64,000 nt of DNA. Origin: Candidatus Eiseniibacteriota bacterium. GTDB taxonomy: Bacteria > Eisenbacteria > RBG-16-71-46. How positions within the stretch are numbered: position 1 is the first letter of the stretch; each line of letters opens with the position of its first letter. The notes below the pieces were generated by a model. It made no database searches. It had not been told where the DNA came from and worked only from the letters and a program-made list of their open reading frames with translations. Location: contig CAVSAC010000012.1 in the NCBI GenBank assembly GCA_963725865.1, positions 864,001-928,000 of the forward strand. Direction: 5' to 3'. The translations under genes were made by a program, and so were the position numbers. Positions 40,967-54,206 of the stretch are shown in pieces.

Positions 40967-41470
40967 TCATGCGCGGCCGCCGCGCGGACGGAGCACGCGG
41001 TAGCGGCGTCCGCCGGGCGCGCGAACCGCGCGCGCGGCGCCGTGCACAGGGTCGATCGCCACCAGGAACGGGAAGCGTCGCAACTCCCGCCCGCACGTGA
41101 GCACCTCGCTCACGCCGTGCTCGCGGAGCAGGACCGCGGTCTCGAGCGCCGCTGGGGCGGGCTCGCCGGGAGCCAGGAAGCCCAGCACCTCGCGTGTCAC
41201 CGCCAGATGCCGTGCGGTCGGCAGCAGCAGCCGGCCGCACGGCCCCGCCAGCAGCGCCTCGAGGAACCCGAGCGCCTCCGCGATCTGCAGCGGGCGACCC
41301 ACCCGGTGGGGATGCGTCACCAGCGCGATGAATGTGTGGGCCTCGCACACCGGGAGCCCCCAGGGGCGTTCGCCGCTCGCGAGCCCCTCCACGGCCTCGA
41401 CGGCGCGCGGATGCTCGGGCGCGCCCCGGTTGACCGCGTACGCGAGCAGTCCCGCGTCGAGCGCGATCAT
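40967..41470 (-). CDS. vapC: VapC-like PIN domain protein (degenerate active site)
   Basis: MIALDAGLLAYAVN..PEH..F..LVTHP..P..EHG..RRFP resembles mycobacterial-type VapC; ATGA overlap with the upstream small gene. Confidence 0.72.
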   Translation of the reverse strand: MIALDAGLLAYAVNRGAPEHPRAVEAVEGLASGERPWGLPVCEAHTFIALVTHPHRVGRPLQIAEALGFLEALLAGPCGRLLLPTARHLAVTREVLGFLAPGEPAPAALETAVLLREHGVSEVLTCGRELRRFPFLVAIDPVHGAARAVRAPGGRRYRVLRPRGGRA

Positions 41471-41712
41471 CGGCCGGGCTCCTCGTCCTCGGCGGGCTCG
41501 CTCAGCGGCTCCGGCTCGTACGGCTCCAGCAGGAACGGGCCGAGGTCGTAGGAGGGAAGCCGCACGCGGCCCCGGCGCGTCGCGTCGAGCGCCGCCAGAC
41601 CGGCGCGCAGCGTGCGCTCGAGGACGGCGGTGAGGGTGAGGTTCTCCGCCGCCGCGCGACGGCGCAGCTCCGCATGCAGCCCGGCGTCCAGGATCAGGGT
41701 TGTTCGTTTCAT
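41467..41712 (-). CDS. vapB: VapB-like ribbon-helix-helix antitoxin
   Basis: MKRTTLILDAGLHAELRRRAA..TLTAVLERTLRAGL; acidic tail; upstream of PIN gene. Confidence 0.75.
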   Translation of the reverse strand: MKRTTLILDAGLHAELRRRAAAENLTLTAVLERTLRAGLAALDATRRGRVRLPSYDLGPFLLEPYEPEPLSEPAEDEEPGR

Positions 41713-41839
41713 GTGCGAAAGCATATCTCATGAATGCGAGCCGAGTCATCGACGAACTTCCAGGATTGCGCGGCGAGCGTGCGCTGAGGCAGAATGTCGG
41801 CCTTCCGCTCACGACCTTCACCCCCTTCGAGGAGAATCC

Positions 41840-43138
41840 ATGGCGAAGCAGCAGCAGTCGGCCGCGGTGGCCGCCGCGGGCCGGCCCGGGCACATCAAGG
41901 ATGCGAGACTGGCGCGCGAGGGCCGCATGCGCATCGAGTGGGCCGACCGGAACATGCCGGTGCTGCGCGCGATCCGCGCGCGGTTCGCGAAGGAGCGGCC
42001 GCTCAAGGGCGTGCGCATCGCGGCCTGCCTGCACGTGACCACCGAGACCGCGAACCTCGCCCGCACGCTGCAGGCCGGCGGCGCCGAGGTCTACCTGTGC
42101 GGCTCCAATCCGCTCAGCACCCAGGACGACGTCGCCGCGGCGCTCGTGCACCACTACGGGATCGCGACGTTCGCCATCAAGGGCGAGGACCACAAGACCT
42201 ACTACTCGCACATCGTGTCGTGCATCGAGGCGCGTCCGCACATCACGATGGACGACGGCTGCGACCTCGTCACGGTGCTCCACACCAAGAAGAAGAACTA
42301 CCTGCGCGACGTGTTCGCCGGCACCGAGGAGACCTCGACCGGCGTGACCCGCCTGCGCGCGATGGCGGCGAGCAAGGTGCTGCGCTACCCGGTGATCGCG
42401 ATCAACGACGCCGACACCAAGCACCTGTTCGACAACCGGTACGGGACCGGCCAGAGCACGATGGATGGCGTGGTGCGCTCGACCAACATGCTGATCGCGG
42501 GCTCCACCGTGGTGATCGCCGGCTACGGCTGGTGTGGCCGCGGACTCGCCGCCCGCGCCAAGGGCATGGGCGCCACCGTGCTGGTCACCGAGATCAACCC
42601 GGTGCGGGCGCTGGAGGCCCAGATGGACGGCTACGAATCCGTCTCGATGGCCGCGGCCGCCCCGCGCGGCGACCTGTTCATCACCGTGACCGGCAACAAG
42701 TCGGTGCTGCGGCGCGAGCACTTCGCGGCCATGAAGGACGGGGCGATCATCGCGAACAGCGGTCACTTCAACGTCGAGATCGACATCCCGGCGCTCGAGC
42801 GCATGTCGACCCGCCGGCGCACGGTGCGCGCGTTCGTCGAGGAGTTCTCGCTCAAGGGCGGCAAGAAGCTGATGCTGCTCGGCGAGGGCCGGCTCATCAA
42901 CCTCGCGGCCGCCGAAGGCCACCCCGCGATGGTGATGGACATGTCGTTCGCGAACCAGTCGCTCAGCGTCGAGTACCTGGCCAAGAAGGCCCGGACGCTC
43001 AAGAAGGACGTCTTCGTGGTGCCGGAGGCGATCGACAAGGAGGTCGCGCGGCTCAAGCTCCGGAGCATGGACATCGCGATCGACACCCTGACGCCGGGGC
43101 AGGCGAAGTACCTCGCGAGCTGGAGCGAGGGCACGTAG
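41840..43138 (+). CDS. ahcY: Adenosylhomocysteinase
   Basis: CLHVTTETA, GSNPLSTQD, EETSTG, KHLFDNRYGTGQS, GHFNVEID, GHPAMVMDMSF. Confidence 0.97.
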   Translation: MAKQQQSAAVAAAGRPGHIKDARLAREGRMRIEWADRNMPVLRAIRARFAKERPLKGVRIAACLHVTTETANLARTLQAGGAEVYLCGSNPLSTQDDVAAALVHHYGIATFAIKGEDHKTYYSHIVSCIEARPHITMDDGCDLVTVLHTKKKNYLRDVFAGTEETSTGVTRLRAMAASKVLRYPVIAINDADTKHLFDNRYGTGQSTMDGVVRSTNMLIAGSTVVIAGYGWCGRGLAARAKGMGATVLVTEINPVRALEAQMDGYESVSMAAAAPRGDLFITVTGNKSVLRREHFAAMKDGAIIANSGHFNVEIDIPALERMSTRRRTVRAFVEEFSLKGGKKLMLLGEGRLINLAAAEGHPAMVMDMSFANQSLSVEYLAKKARTLKKDVFVVPEAIDKEVARLKLRSMDIAIDTLTPGQAKYLASWSEGT

Positions 43139-43168
43139 GCCTCACCCGTCCGCGAGTGGCGCAACGCA

Positions 43169-43198
43169 CACGGCCCCGGTCGAGCGACCGGGGCCGTG
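43169..43198. terminator. Hairpin between convergent ahcY and histidine kinase gene
   Basis: CACGGCCCCGGTC-GAGC-GACCGGGGCCGTG, perfect 13-bp stem; no U-tract. Confidence 0.55.
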
Positions 43199-43223
43199 GC
43201 GCGGGGGATCGCAGCGGCACGGG

Positions 43224-44780
43224 TCAGTGACCATCCTCGCGCGGCAGGTACAGGTCCAGCCGGGTACCGGTGCCCGGCGCGCTGTCGAGGGTGAGGAATC
43301 CCCGACTGCGCTCGATGAAGCCGCGGACCGTCACGAGGCCGAGCCCGCTGCCGCGATGCTGCGACTTGGTCGTGAAGAACGGCTCGAACGCGCGCCGCCG
43401 CGTGTCGGTGTCCATGCCGCACCCGTCGTCCTCCACGGTGACCCGCGCGAACGAACCGGGCCGCGCGCCGGTGAGTGCGCGGGCCTCGGTCCGGCCGAGC
43501 GCGACCGGGGCCGTCGCGATGCGGACGTGGCCGCCGCGCTCGAGCGCGTCCCGCGCGTTGATCGCGAGGTTCATGATCGCCTGCTCCAGGCCAGCGGGGT
43601 CCGCCTGCACGCGCATCCCGCCGAGCGCCAGCTCGAGGTCCAGGTGCACCTGCGGACCGAGCAGCTGCTCGAGCAGTGGGCGCTTGCCACCGAGGAACGC
43701 GTCCACGTCGAGCGACACGGGCGCGAGCAGCGGAGCCGGCAGCGGCGCGCGCAGCGGCCGCAGCAGCCGGGTCGCGCGTTCCACCGCGTCGTGGATCGAC
43801 TCCAGGTGCGCGCGCGACGGGTCGTGCGAGGCCACCCCGGCGGCGAGCAGCTCCGCGTAACCCTGGATGGTGTACAGCATGTTGATGAGGTCGTGGGCGG
43901 CGGTGGCGGCGGGCGCGGCGCCGCCGGTGGACGGTGGGCGGGCCGCGCCCGTGCTGCTCGCCAGCGGGCTCAGCAGCAGCAGCAATGCGCGGCCGGTCCC
44001 GGCGTCGGCGCCCGGCATGCGCTGGGCTCGCAGCATCAGCTCCGCGTCGGTCCCGTCCGGCCGGCGGACCCGAACCGGGGTCTCGACGAACGACCACGTG
44101 CGCCACCGCGCGAGTCGCAGCGGATGGGTGTCGTCGTCGAACGGGCGGCCGTCGATCCGGCGCAGCTCGGGCAGCGCACGGTGCGCTTCGAATCCGACGC
44201 GTTCGGCCGCGCGGCACGCCAGGAGCCGCTCGGCGGCCGGGTTGAGCGAGCGCACGATCCCCTCGCGATCGACCACCACCACCCCCTGCGCGCTCGCCTG
44301 CACGAGCAGGGTGAAGCGGCCCTCGCTCGCGCGCAGGGCGCGGCGCGTCGAGGTGGTCTCGAGCGCGTGACGGAACACCTCTTCGACCAGGTCCTTGGGC
44401 GGTCGCACCGGCAGTCCCTGGGAACCGGCACCCCGCGCGCCGGTGGCGCCGGGGTCGGAGTCCGCGGGAAGCACCACGATCGGTGGGTGGTTCTCGGCGC
44501 GCGAGGCCGCGGTCACCAGCCGTCCGATCGCCTGGGGGTCGAGTCGCCCGGCGAGCACCAGGACGTCGTGCACGCCCTCGGCCAGCACCATCGGGACATG
44601 GTCGAGATCCTCGATGTGGTCCACGGCAAGCACCGTGCCCGCGGGTTCGCCGAGCAGGTCGCGCAGGGCGTCGTGGGGCACTCCCGAGGTCGACACCACG
44701 AGCACGTGTCGCGACGGGCGAGGCAGCGTCTCGTCGCCGAGGAATCCGGGCTCGAGCGACCGGCCGGGCTGGGCGCTCAT
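43224..44780 (-). CDS. Cytoplasmic sensor histidine kinase (degenerate receiver-like N-terminus, PAS, HisKA, HATPase)
   Basis: PAS (GVVVVDREG..NPAAERLL), H-box AHDLIN, NLAINARDA, DDGCGMD, FEPFFTTK, GSGLGL. Confidence 0.87.
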   Translation of the reverse strand: MSAQPGRSLEPGFLGDETLPRPSRHVLVVSTSGVPHDALRDLLGEPAGTVLAVDHIEDLDHVPMVLAEGVHDVLVLAGRLDPQAIGRLVTAASRAENHPPIVVLPADSDPGATGARGAGSQGLPVRPPKDLVEEVFRHALETTSTRRALRASEGRFTLLVQASAQGVVVVDREGIVRSLNPAAERLLACRAAERVGFEAHRALPELRRIDGRPFDDDTHPLRLARWRTWSFVETPVRVRRPDGTDAELMLRAQRMPGADAGTGRALLLLLSPLASSTGAARPPSTGGAAPAATAAHDLINMLYTIQGYAELLAAGVASHDPSRAHLESIHDAVERATRLLRPLRAPLPAPLLAPVSLDVDAFLGGKRPLLEQLLGPQVHLDLELALGGMRVQADPAGLEQAIMNLAINARDALERGGHVRIATAPVALGRTEARALTGARPGSFARVTVEDDGCGMDTDTRRRAFEPFFTTKSQHRGSGLGLVTVRGFIERSRGFLTLDSAPGTGTRLDLYLPREDGH

Positions 44781-45322
44781 GCGGCACCTTCGGCGCGCCG
44801 GGACGCGAGCTCCACGCGCAATTTGTCGAGGGCGTCGAACAGCGGCGCGGAGAATCGGCCGGTGTCCACCGCGCGCAACAGGCCTTCGGGGGCGCCGGTG
44901 ATGAGCCGGCCCGCCCAGCCCTCGGCCGCCTCGGTGCCCGCGTTCGCGGGCAACTGCTGCACGAACGCGAGCAGCAGCCGCTGAACGGAGGCCGAGAGAA
45001 CGTCGATTCGGTCGAGGAACAGCGTGCCGCGCTCGGCGGCTCGCCAGGCGAGCGGGACGGCCTCTCCGAGGCCGCCCGTGAGCCAGTCCGCGAGCGCGCC
45101 CCGCAGCGCGCCCTCCTCGCGAGCCCCGTCCACCACCACCAGCAGTCCGCGGCGCAGCGGGCTCTGGAGATGGAACGTGTCCGCGATGCGGACACGCTCC
45201 TGGCAGGTCCCGCCCAGCACCATCAGCGGCGCGGAGGTGTGGCGGTAGCGCCTGAGCAGCCAGTCGGGGATCACCGCCAGCGTGCGCGAGTCACCCCTGG
45301 ACGAGCGCGCAGGAAGACTCAC
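44777..45322 (-). CDS. Stand-alone, degenerate sigma54-activator-type AAA+ domain protein
   Basis: AAERGTLFLDRIDVLSASVQRLLL, RLITG..LLRAVDTGRFSAPLFDAL; GTGA and ATGA overlaps with both neighbours. Confidence 0.65.
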   Translation of the reverse strand: MSLPARSSRGDSRTLAVIPDWLLRRYRHTSAPLMVLGGTCQERVRIADTFHLQSPLRRGLLVVVDGAREEGALRGALADWLTGGLGEAVPLAWRAAERGTLFLDRIDVLSASVQRLLLAFVQQLPANAGTEAAEGWAGRLITGAPEGLLRAVDTGRFSAPLFDALDKLRVELASRRAEGAA

Positions 45323-45636
45323 CGGGTCACCCGACGAGTCGGCACCGCGAGCATCGGATCGGCGATCGCCGCGCGGGGCGAGGCTGGCGCGCGGCCGACC
45401 GCGAGCACGGACAGTCGGCCGAAGCGGCTCGCCAGCACCACCTGTGCGGTCTGCAGGGCCAGGCGGAATCCGCCGAACGTGGGCACCGCAGGGGTGCCGA
45501 GATCGGGTGGCGTCGACTGGTAGATCCCGCACCCGACGGGGATCCAGCCGCCCGACTGCTGGGCGTGCGCGGACCCGGCGATGCCGAACGAGAGGGTGAC
45601 GAGGCTGGCGACCAGGACGATTGCGGCGAGACGCAT
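45319..45636 (-). CDS. Small secreted hypothetical protein (105 aa)
   Basis: AAGGAG RBS; signal peptide MRLAAIVLVASLVTLSFGIAGSAHA|Q. Confidence 0.65.
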   Translation of the reverse strand: MRLAAIVLVASLVTLSFGIAGSAHAQQSGGWIPVGCGIYQSTPPDLGTPAVPTFGGFRLALQTAQVVLASRFGRLSVLAVGRAPASPRAAIADPMLAVPTRRVTR

Positions 45637-45691
45637 GGAGGATCTCCTTGCCTGAGGGGTTCCGGCTGAAACTCGGACGTCTCCAGCAATG

Positions 45692-45706
45692 GCGATTCCC
45701 GTGCCA
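45692..45706 (-). promoter_or_regulatory. Sigma54 -24/-12 promoter
   Basis: TGGCACGGGAATCGC vs consensus TGGCACGNNNNTTGC (one mismatch), 55 nt upstream of ATG 45636. Confidence 0.75.
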
Positions 45707-45807
45707 CTTCGCGAGCGGCCATGCGCGGAAGTTCTACGATGCTCTGCGACAGAAGGTTGGAGAGTGGACCTCACGCAGATGGTGACCCGGCGAGGGCGGG
45801 GGCGAAT

Positions 45808-45912
45808 CCGCTGATTCCGGCGGGTTCATTTCCAGCCCGGCCGCGGACGGCCTAGCAGGTCAGCGGCTTCCGCCGAGTCCGTCGAAATCGGCGGCCCCGC
45901 TGGAATCGGCGG
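45808..45912. promoter_or_regulatory. Array of 16-bp imperfect palindromes (candidate enhancer/UAS)
   Basis: CCGCTGATTCCGGCGG (45808), CCGTCGAAATCGGCGG (45879), CCGCTGGAATCGGCGG (45897); weaker copy at 45861. Confidence 0.55.
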
Positions 45913-45940
45913 CAGCCATCTCCATCCCGCGGTCTGGCGC

Positions 45941-51025
<5,085 letters not shown>

Positions 51026-51181
51026 GTCATCACCTCCGGGCACTGCGATCGCTGTGGGGGGGGGAGTGGGAACCCGGGCGAGGACCGCGGCCATCTTCGC
51101 ACACCGCCGCGGGGGGTGGTCCAGCCTTCCGCGCGACGGCGCGCCTGGACGCCGCGCGGCCCGCACGCGTAGCCTCCCGCC

Positions 51182-52345
51182 ATGTTCTCGCATCGCGTTC
51201 CCGATGGCTCCGCGCCGAACGCCTGGTCGCGCCGGCTCGCCGAGCGCCGCGCCGCCGGGGCGGCGCTGCTCGACCTCAGCGAGGCCAATCCCACCGCGGT
51301 GGGGCTCGGCGGCGCGGCCGCGGTGGAGCTGGCGGCGCTCGCCGACCCGCGCGGGCTCGAGTACCGGCCCGACCCCCAGGGGAGTCCGTCCGCCCGCGCG
51401 GCGGTGGCCGCCTACCTGGCCGCACGCGGACCTCATGCGTCGCCCGAGACGCTCGTGCTCACCTCCAGCACCAGCGAGGGTTACGCGCACCTGTTCCGGC
51501 TGCTGGCCGAGCCCGGCGAGCGGATCCTGGTGCCGGCGCCGTCGTATCCCCTGTTCGAGCCGCTGGCGCTCGCCGAGGGCGTCGAGCTCCATCCCTATCG
51601 CATCGCCTGGGACGGCCGCTGGCACATCGATCCGGGCGCGCTGGAGCGCGCCGCCGCGGACCCCCGCGCGCGCGCCGTGATCGTGGTGCAGCCGAACCAT
51701 CCCACCGGGTCGTGCCTGTCGGCGGAGGAGCGCGAGTGGCTGGTCGGGATCGCCGCGCGCCAGCAGCTCGCGCTGATCGCCGACGAGGTGTTCGGCGATT
51801 ATCCGTGGGGGAGCGCGCCGCTGCCGAGCCTGGTGGGGGAGGCACGGGTCCCGACGTTCGTGATGAGCGGGCTCTCCAAGGTCTGCGGCATGCCGCAGAT
51901 GAAGCTCGCGTGGATCGCGGTGAGCGGCCCGGAGCCCGCGCGCGAGCGTGCGCTCCAGGGGCTCGTGTGGCTGGCCGACCTGTTCCTGTCGGTGAGCGGT
52001 CCGGTGCAGCACGCGCTCCCGCAGCTGCTCGCCGCGCGCCCCGCGTTCCAGGCGCGGGTGCGCGAGCGCATCGCCCTCAACCGCGCGGCGCTCGGCGCCA
52101 CGCTCGCGCGGCGGCCGGCGCTCTCGTGGCTCGCCGGCGAGGGCGGCTGGGTGGCGGTGCTGCGGCTGCCGGCCACCCGCACCGAGGAGGAGTGGGTGCT
52201 CGCGCTGCTCGCGCACGAGGTGGTCGTCCACCCGGGACACTTCTACGACCTCGAGGGCGAGCCCTTCATCGTGGTGAGCCTGATCGTCCCGCCCGCCACG
52301 TTCGCGGCCGGACTCGCGCGGCTCGAGGCGCTGCTGCCGGACTGA
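51182..52345 (+). CDS. PLP-dependent aminotransferase class I/II
   Basis: PSYPLF, QPNHPTG, IADEVF, SGLSK (PLP lysine). Confidence 0.9.
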   Translation: MFSHRVPDGSAPNAWSRRLAERRAAGAALLDLSEANPTAVGLGGAAAVELAALADPRGLEYRPDPQGSPSARAAVAAYLAARGPHASPETLVLTSSTSEGYAHLFRLLAEPGERILVPAPSYPLFEPLALAEGVELHPYRIAWDGRWHIDPGALERAAADPRARAVIVVQPNHPTGSCLSAEEREWLVGIAARQQLALIADEVFGDYPWGSAPLPSLVGEARVPTFVMSGLSKVCGMPQMKLAWIAVSGPEPARERALQGLVWLADLFLSVSGPVQHALPQLLAARPAFQARVRERIALNRAALGATLARRPALSWLAGEGGWVAVLRLPATRTEEEWVLALLAHEVVVHPGHFYDLEGEPFIVVSLIVPPATFAAGLARLEALLPD

Positions 52346-52360
52346 ACCGCCGCCGTCGCC

Positions 52361-52594
52361 TCAGCGGCGCCGGCTGCGGCGGGCGGTCGTGGCGCTCGCC
52401 CGTCGTGCGGCGCGCCGGGCGGGTGCCCCCGCCGCGCGACGTCGCACGCGATCGAGGTGCCGCAGCATCAGGATCTGACCGGAGTGCCCGGCGAAGTGCT
52501 CGACCAGGTGGTGGAGCACCCAGCGCGCGTCGTACTCCTGCACCCGGCCGTCCCAGCGCTTCCGCCGCGCCCGCCGCGTGAGGTCCTCGAGCAT
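52361..52594 (-). pseudogene. C-terminal fragment of a DinB/DUF664-like protein
   Basis: RWVLHHLVEHFAGHSGQI matches the DinB C-terminal H-x3-H-x-G-Q motif; only 77 codons, no room upstream for the N-terminal part. Confidence 0.5.
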
Positions 52595-52625
52595 CGCGAC
52601 GGACAGCGCCGCTCCGCGGCCCGGC

Positions 52626-54191
52626 TCAGGGCTGCGCCTGCGGTTTCATGGTGAGTGGATCGCGCAGCGGCAGCCGCCGCGGCTCCCCGCCGGCGAGGCC
52701 CGCCACGCTCACGTCGTGCTTGCCGTCGCCGAGCGCCATCTCCTTCGCGTCGCCGACCACCAGGAACGCGAGCCGCGACGGATCGAGCAGGCGCCTCGCG
52801 ACGCGCTGCACGTCGGCCGCGGTGACCGCCTGGGTGCGGGCGGCGAACTGCGCGTAGTAGCCCGGGTCGCGGGCGTAGCGGCCGGTGAGCTCCTCGGCCG
52901 CCAGCCGTCCGGCGATGGCGCCCGCGGTCTCGAACTGCGTCGGCAGCGATTCCACCATCTTGCTGCGGGCGGTCACGAGCTCGTCCTCGCTCACCAGCGA
53001 GTCGCGCATGCGGCCGATCTCGGCGAGCGCGATCGACACCGCGTAGGCGGTCGATCGCACCTTGGTCTGGAACACGATGCGCAGCGGATCCGGGTAGTAG
53101 GTGCCGCCCTCGAGGCGCGACGAGACCGAGTAGGCGAGGCCCTCGTCGGAGCGGATGCGATTCACCAGCCGCGAGGAGAAGCCGCCGCCGCCGAGGATGT
53201 CGTTCATCACGCGGGCCGCGGCGAAGTCCGGATCGTATCGGTCGAGCGCCCGCAGCCCGATCGAGACCCGCGCCTGGTTGACCTCCTTGTCGACGACGTA
53301 CCAGCCCTGCGCGGCCGGCCCCGCGGGGGTGGCGGGCGCGGTCGGGCGCTCGCCCGGCGTGGGCCAGCCCGCGAACGCGCGCTCGAGCCGCTTCACCATC
53401 GTCGCCCGGTCGAAGTCCCCGCTGACCGCGAGCAGGAAGTTGCGCGGTCCGACGTAGCGGTGGTGAAACGCCTTCAGGTCCTCCGGCGTGATCCCGCTGA
53501 TCGAGGCCTGCGTGGTCCAGCGATTCGTCCAGTGGTCCGCGCCGCGCATCAGCACGCCCCACTCGCGCTCCTCGATCGGGCGGGTGTCGTCGTTGCGCTG
53601 CTTCATGTCCTGCAGCAGTTGGTCCCGTCGCAGCTGCAGCCGGCCGGCGTCGAACGCGGGCGTCTTGAGGCACTCGACCAGCAGGCCGAGCCCCTCGTCG
53701 ATGTCCTTCGCGAGCAGGTTGAGGCTGACGCGCGACTCCGAAGCGGTGATCGGCACTCCGCCGATCCCGAACATCCCGCCGCCGCCGCCGCCGGACTGCG
53801 ACTCGAGCGTGGCGCCGAGGAACGCGACGCGGTCCTCGAGCTGGGCGGGCGTGTGGGCCGCGGTGCCGCCGCGGGTGAGCTCGTACACCATGAGGTCCGC
53901 GAGCCCTTCGCGGCCCTCGGGATCGAGGTCGGGGCCGATGCGCATCAGCACGTGCACCTGCACCAGCGGCTGGCCACGGTCGGGGACGAGGTAGGCGATC
54001 ATCCCGTTCGCGAGCCGTACGCGGTACTCGGACGCCTTCGGCGGCTCGTAGCGCAGCGGCGGGAACGTGAGCTGATCGGGTCGCGCGGGCGGTGCCTGCG
54101 CGCGCGCGGGGGACGCCGGCATCAGCAGCGCGGCGGCGACGACGAAGAGCGCCGCGCGGGTCCCGCGTGGCGAACGATGGATGGCGTGCAT
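52626..54191 (-). CDS. M16 family peptidase partner subunit (no HXXEH)
   Basis: Signal peptide; LANGM; GGGGFSSRLVNRIRSDEGLAY. Confidence 0.87.
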   Translation of the reverse strand: MHAIHRSPRGTRAALFVVAAALLMPASPARAQAPPARPDQLTFPPLRYEPPKASEYRVRLANGMIAYLVPDRGQPLVQVHVLMRIGPDLDPEGREGLADLMVYELTRGGTAAHTPAQLEDRVAFLGATLESQSGGGGGGMFGIGGVPITASESRVSLNLLAKDIDEGLGLLVECLKTPAFDAGRLQLRRDQLLQDMKQRNDDTRPIEEREWGVLMRGADHWTNRWTTQASISGITPEDLKAFHHRYVGPRNFLLAVSGDFDRATMVKRLERAFAGWPTPGERPTAPATPAGPAAQGWYVVDKEVNQARVSIGLRALDRYDPDFAAARVMNDILGGGGFSSRLVNRIRSDEGLAYSVSSRLEGGTYYPDPLRIVFQTKVRSTAYAVSIALAEIGRMRDSLVSEDELVTARSKMVESLPTQFETAGAIAGRLAAEELTGRYARDPGYYAQFAARTQAVTAADVQRVARRLLDPSRLAFLVVGDAKEMALGDGKHDVSVAGLAGGEPRRLPLRDPLTMKPQAQP

Positions 54192-54206
54192 GTCGGGGAC
54201 CTCCGG

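Noticed and set aside
41760..41815. SAH riboswitch upstream of ahcY (GAGCG...CGCTC complementarity)
   Set aside because: Lacks the GAGGAGCG and CAGGCUCGG core as far as I can see; an Rfam covariance search would be needed
51095..52240. N-terminal extension of the 2099-aa ORF
   Set aside because: Antisense to the aminotransferase; the kinase domain and an RBS begin near 51025
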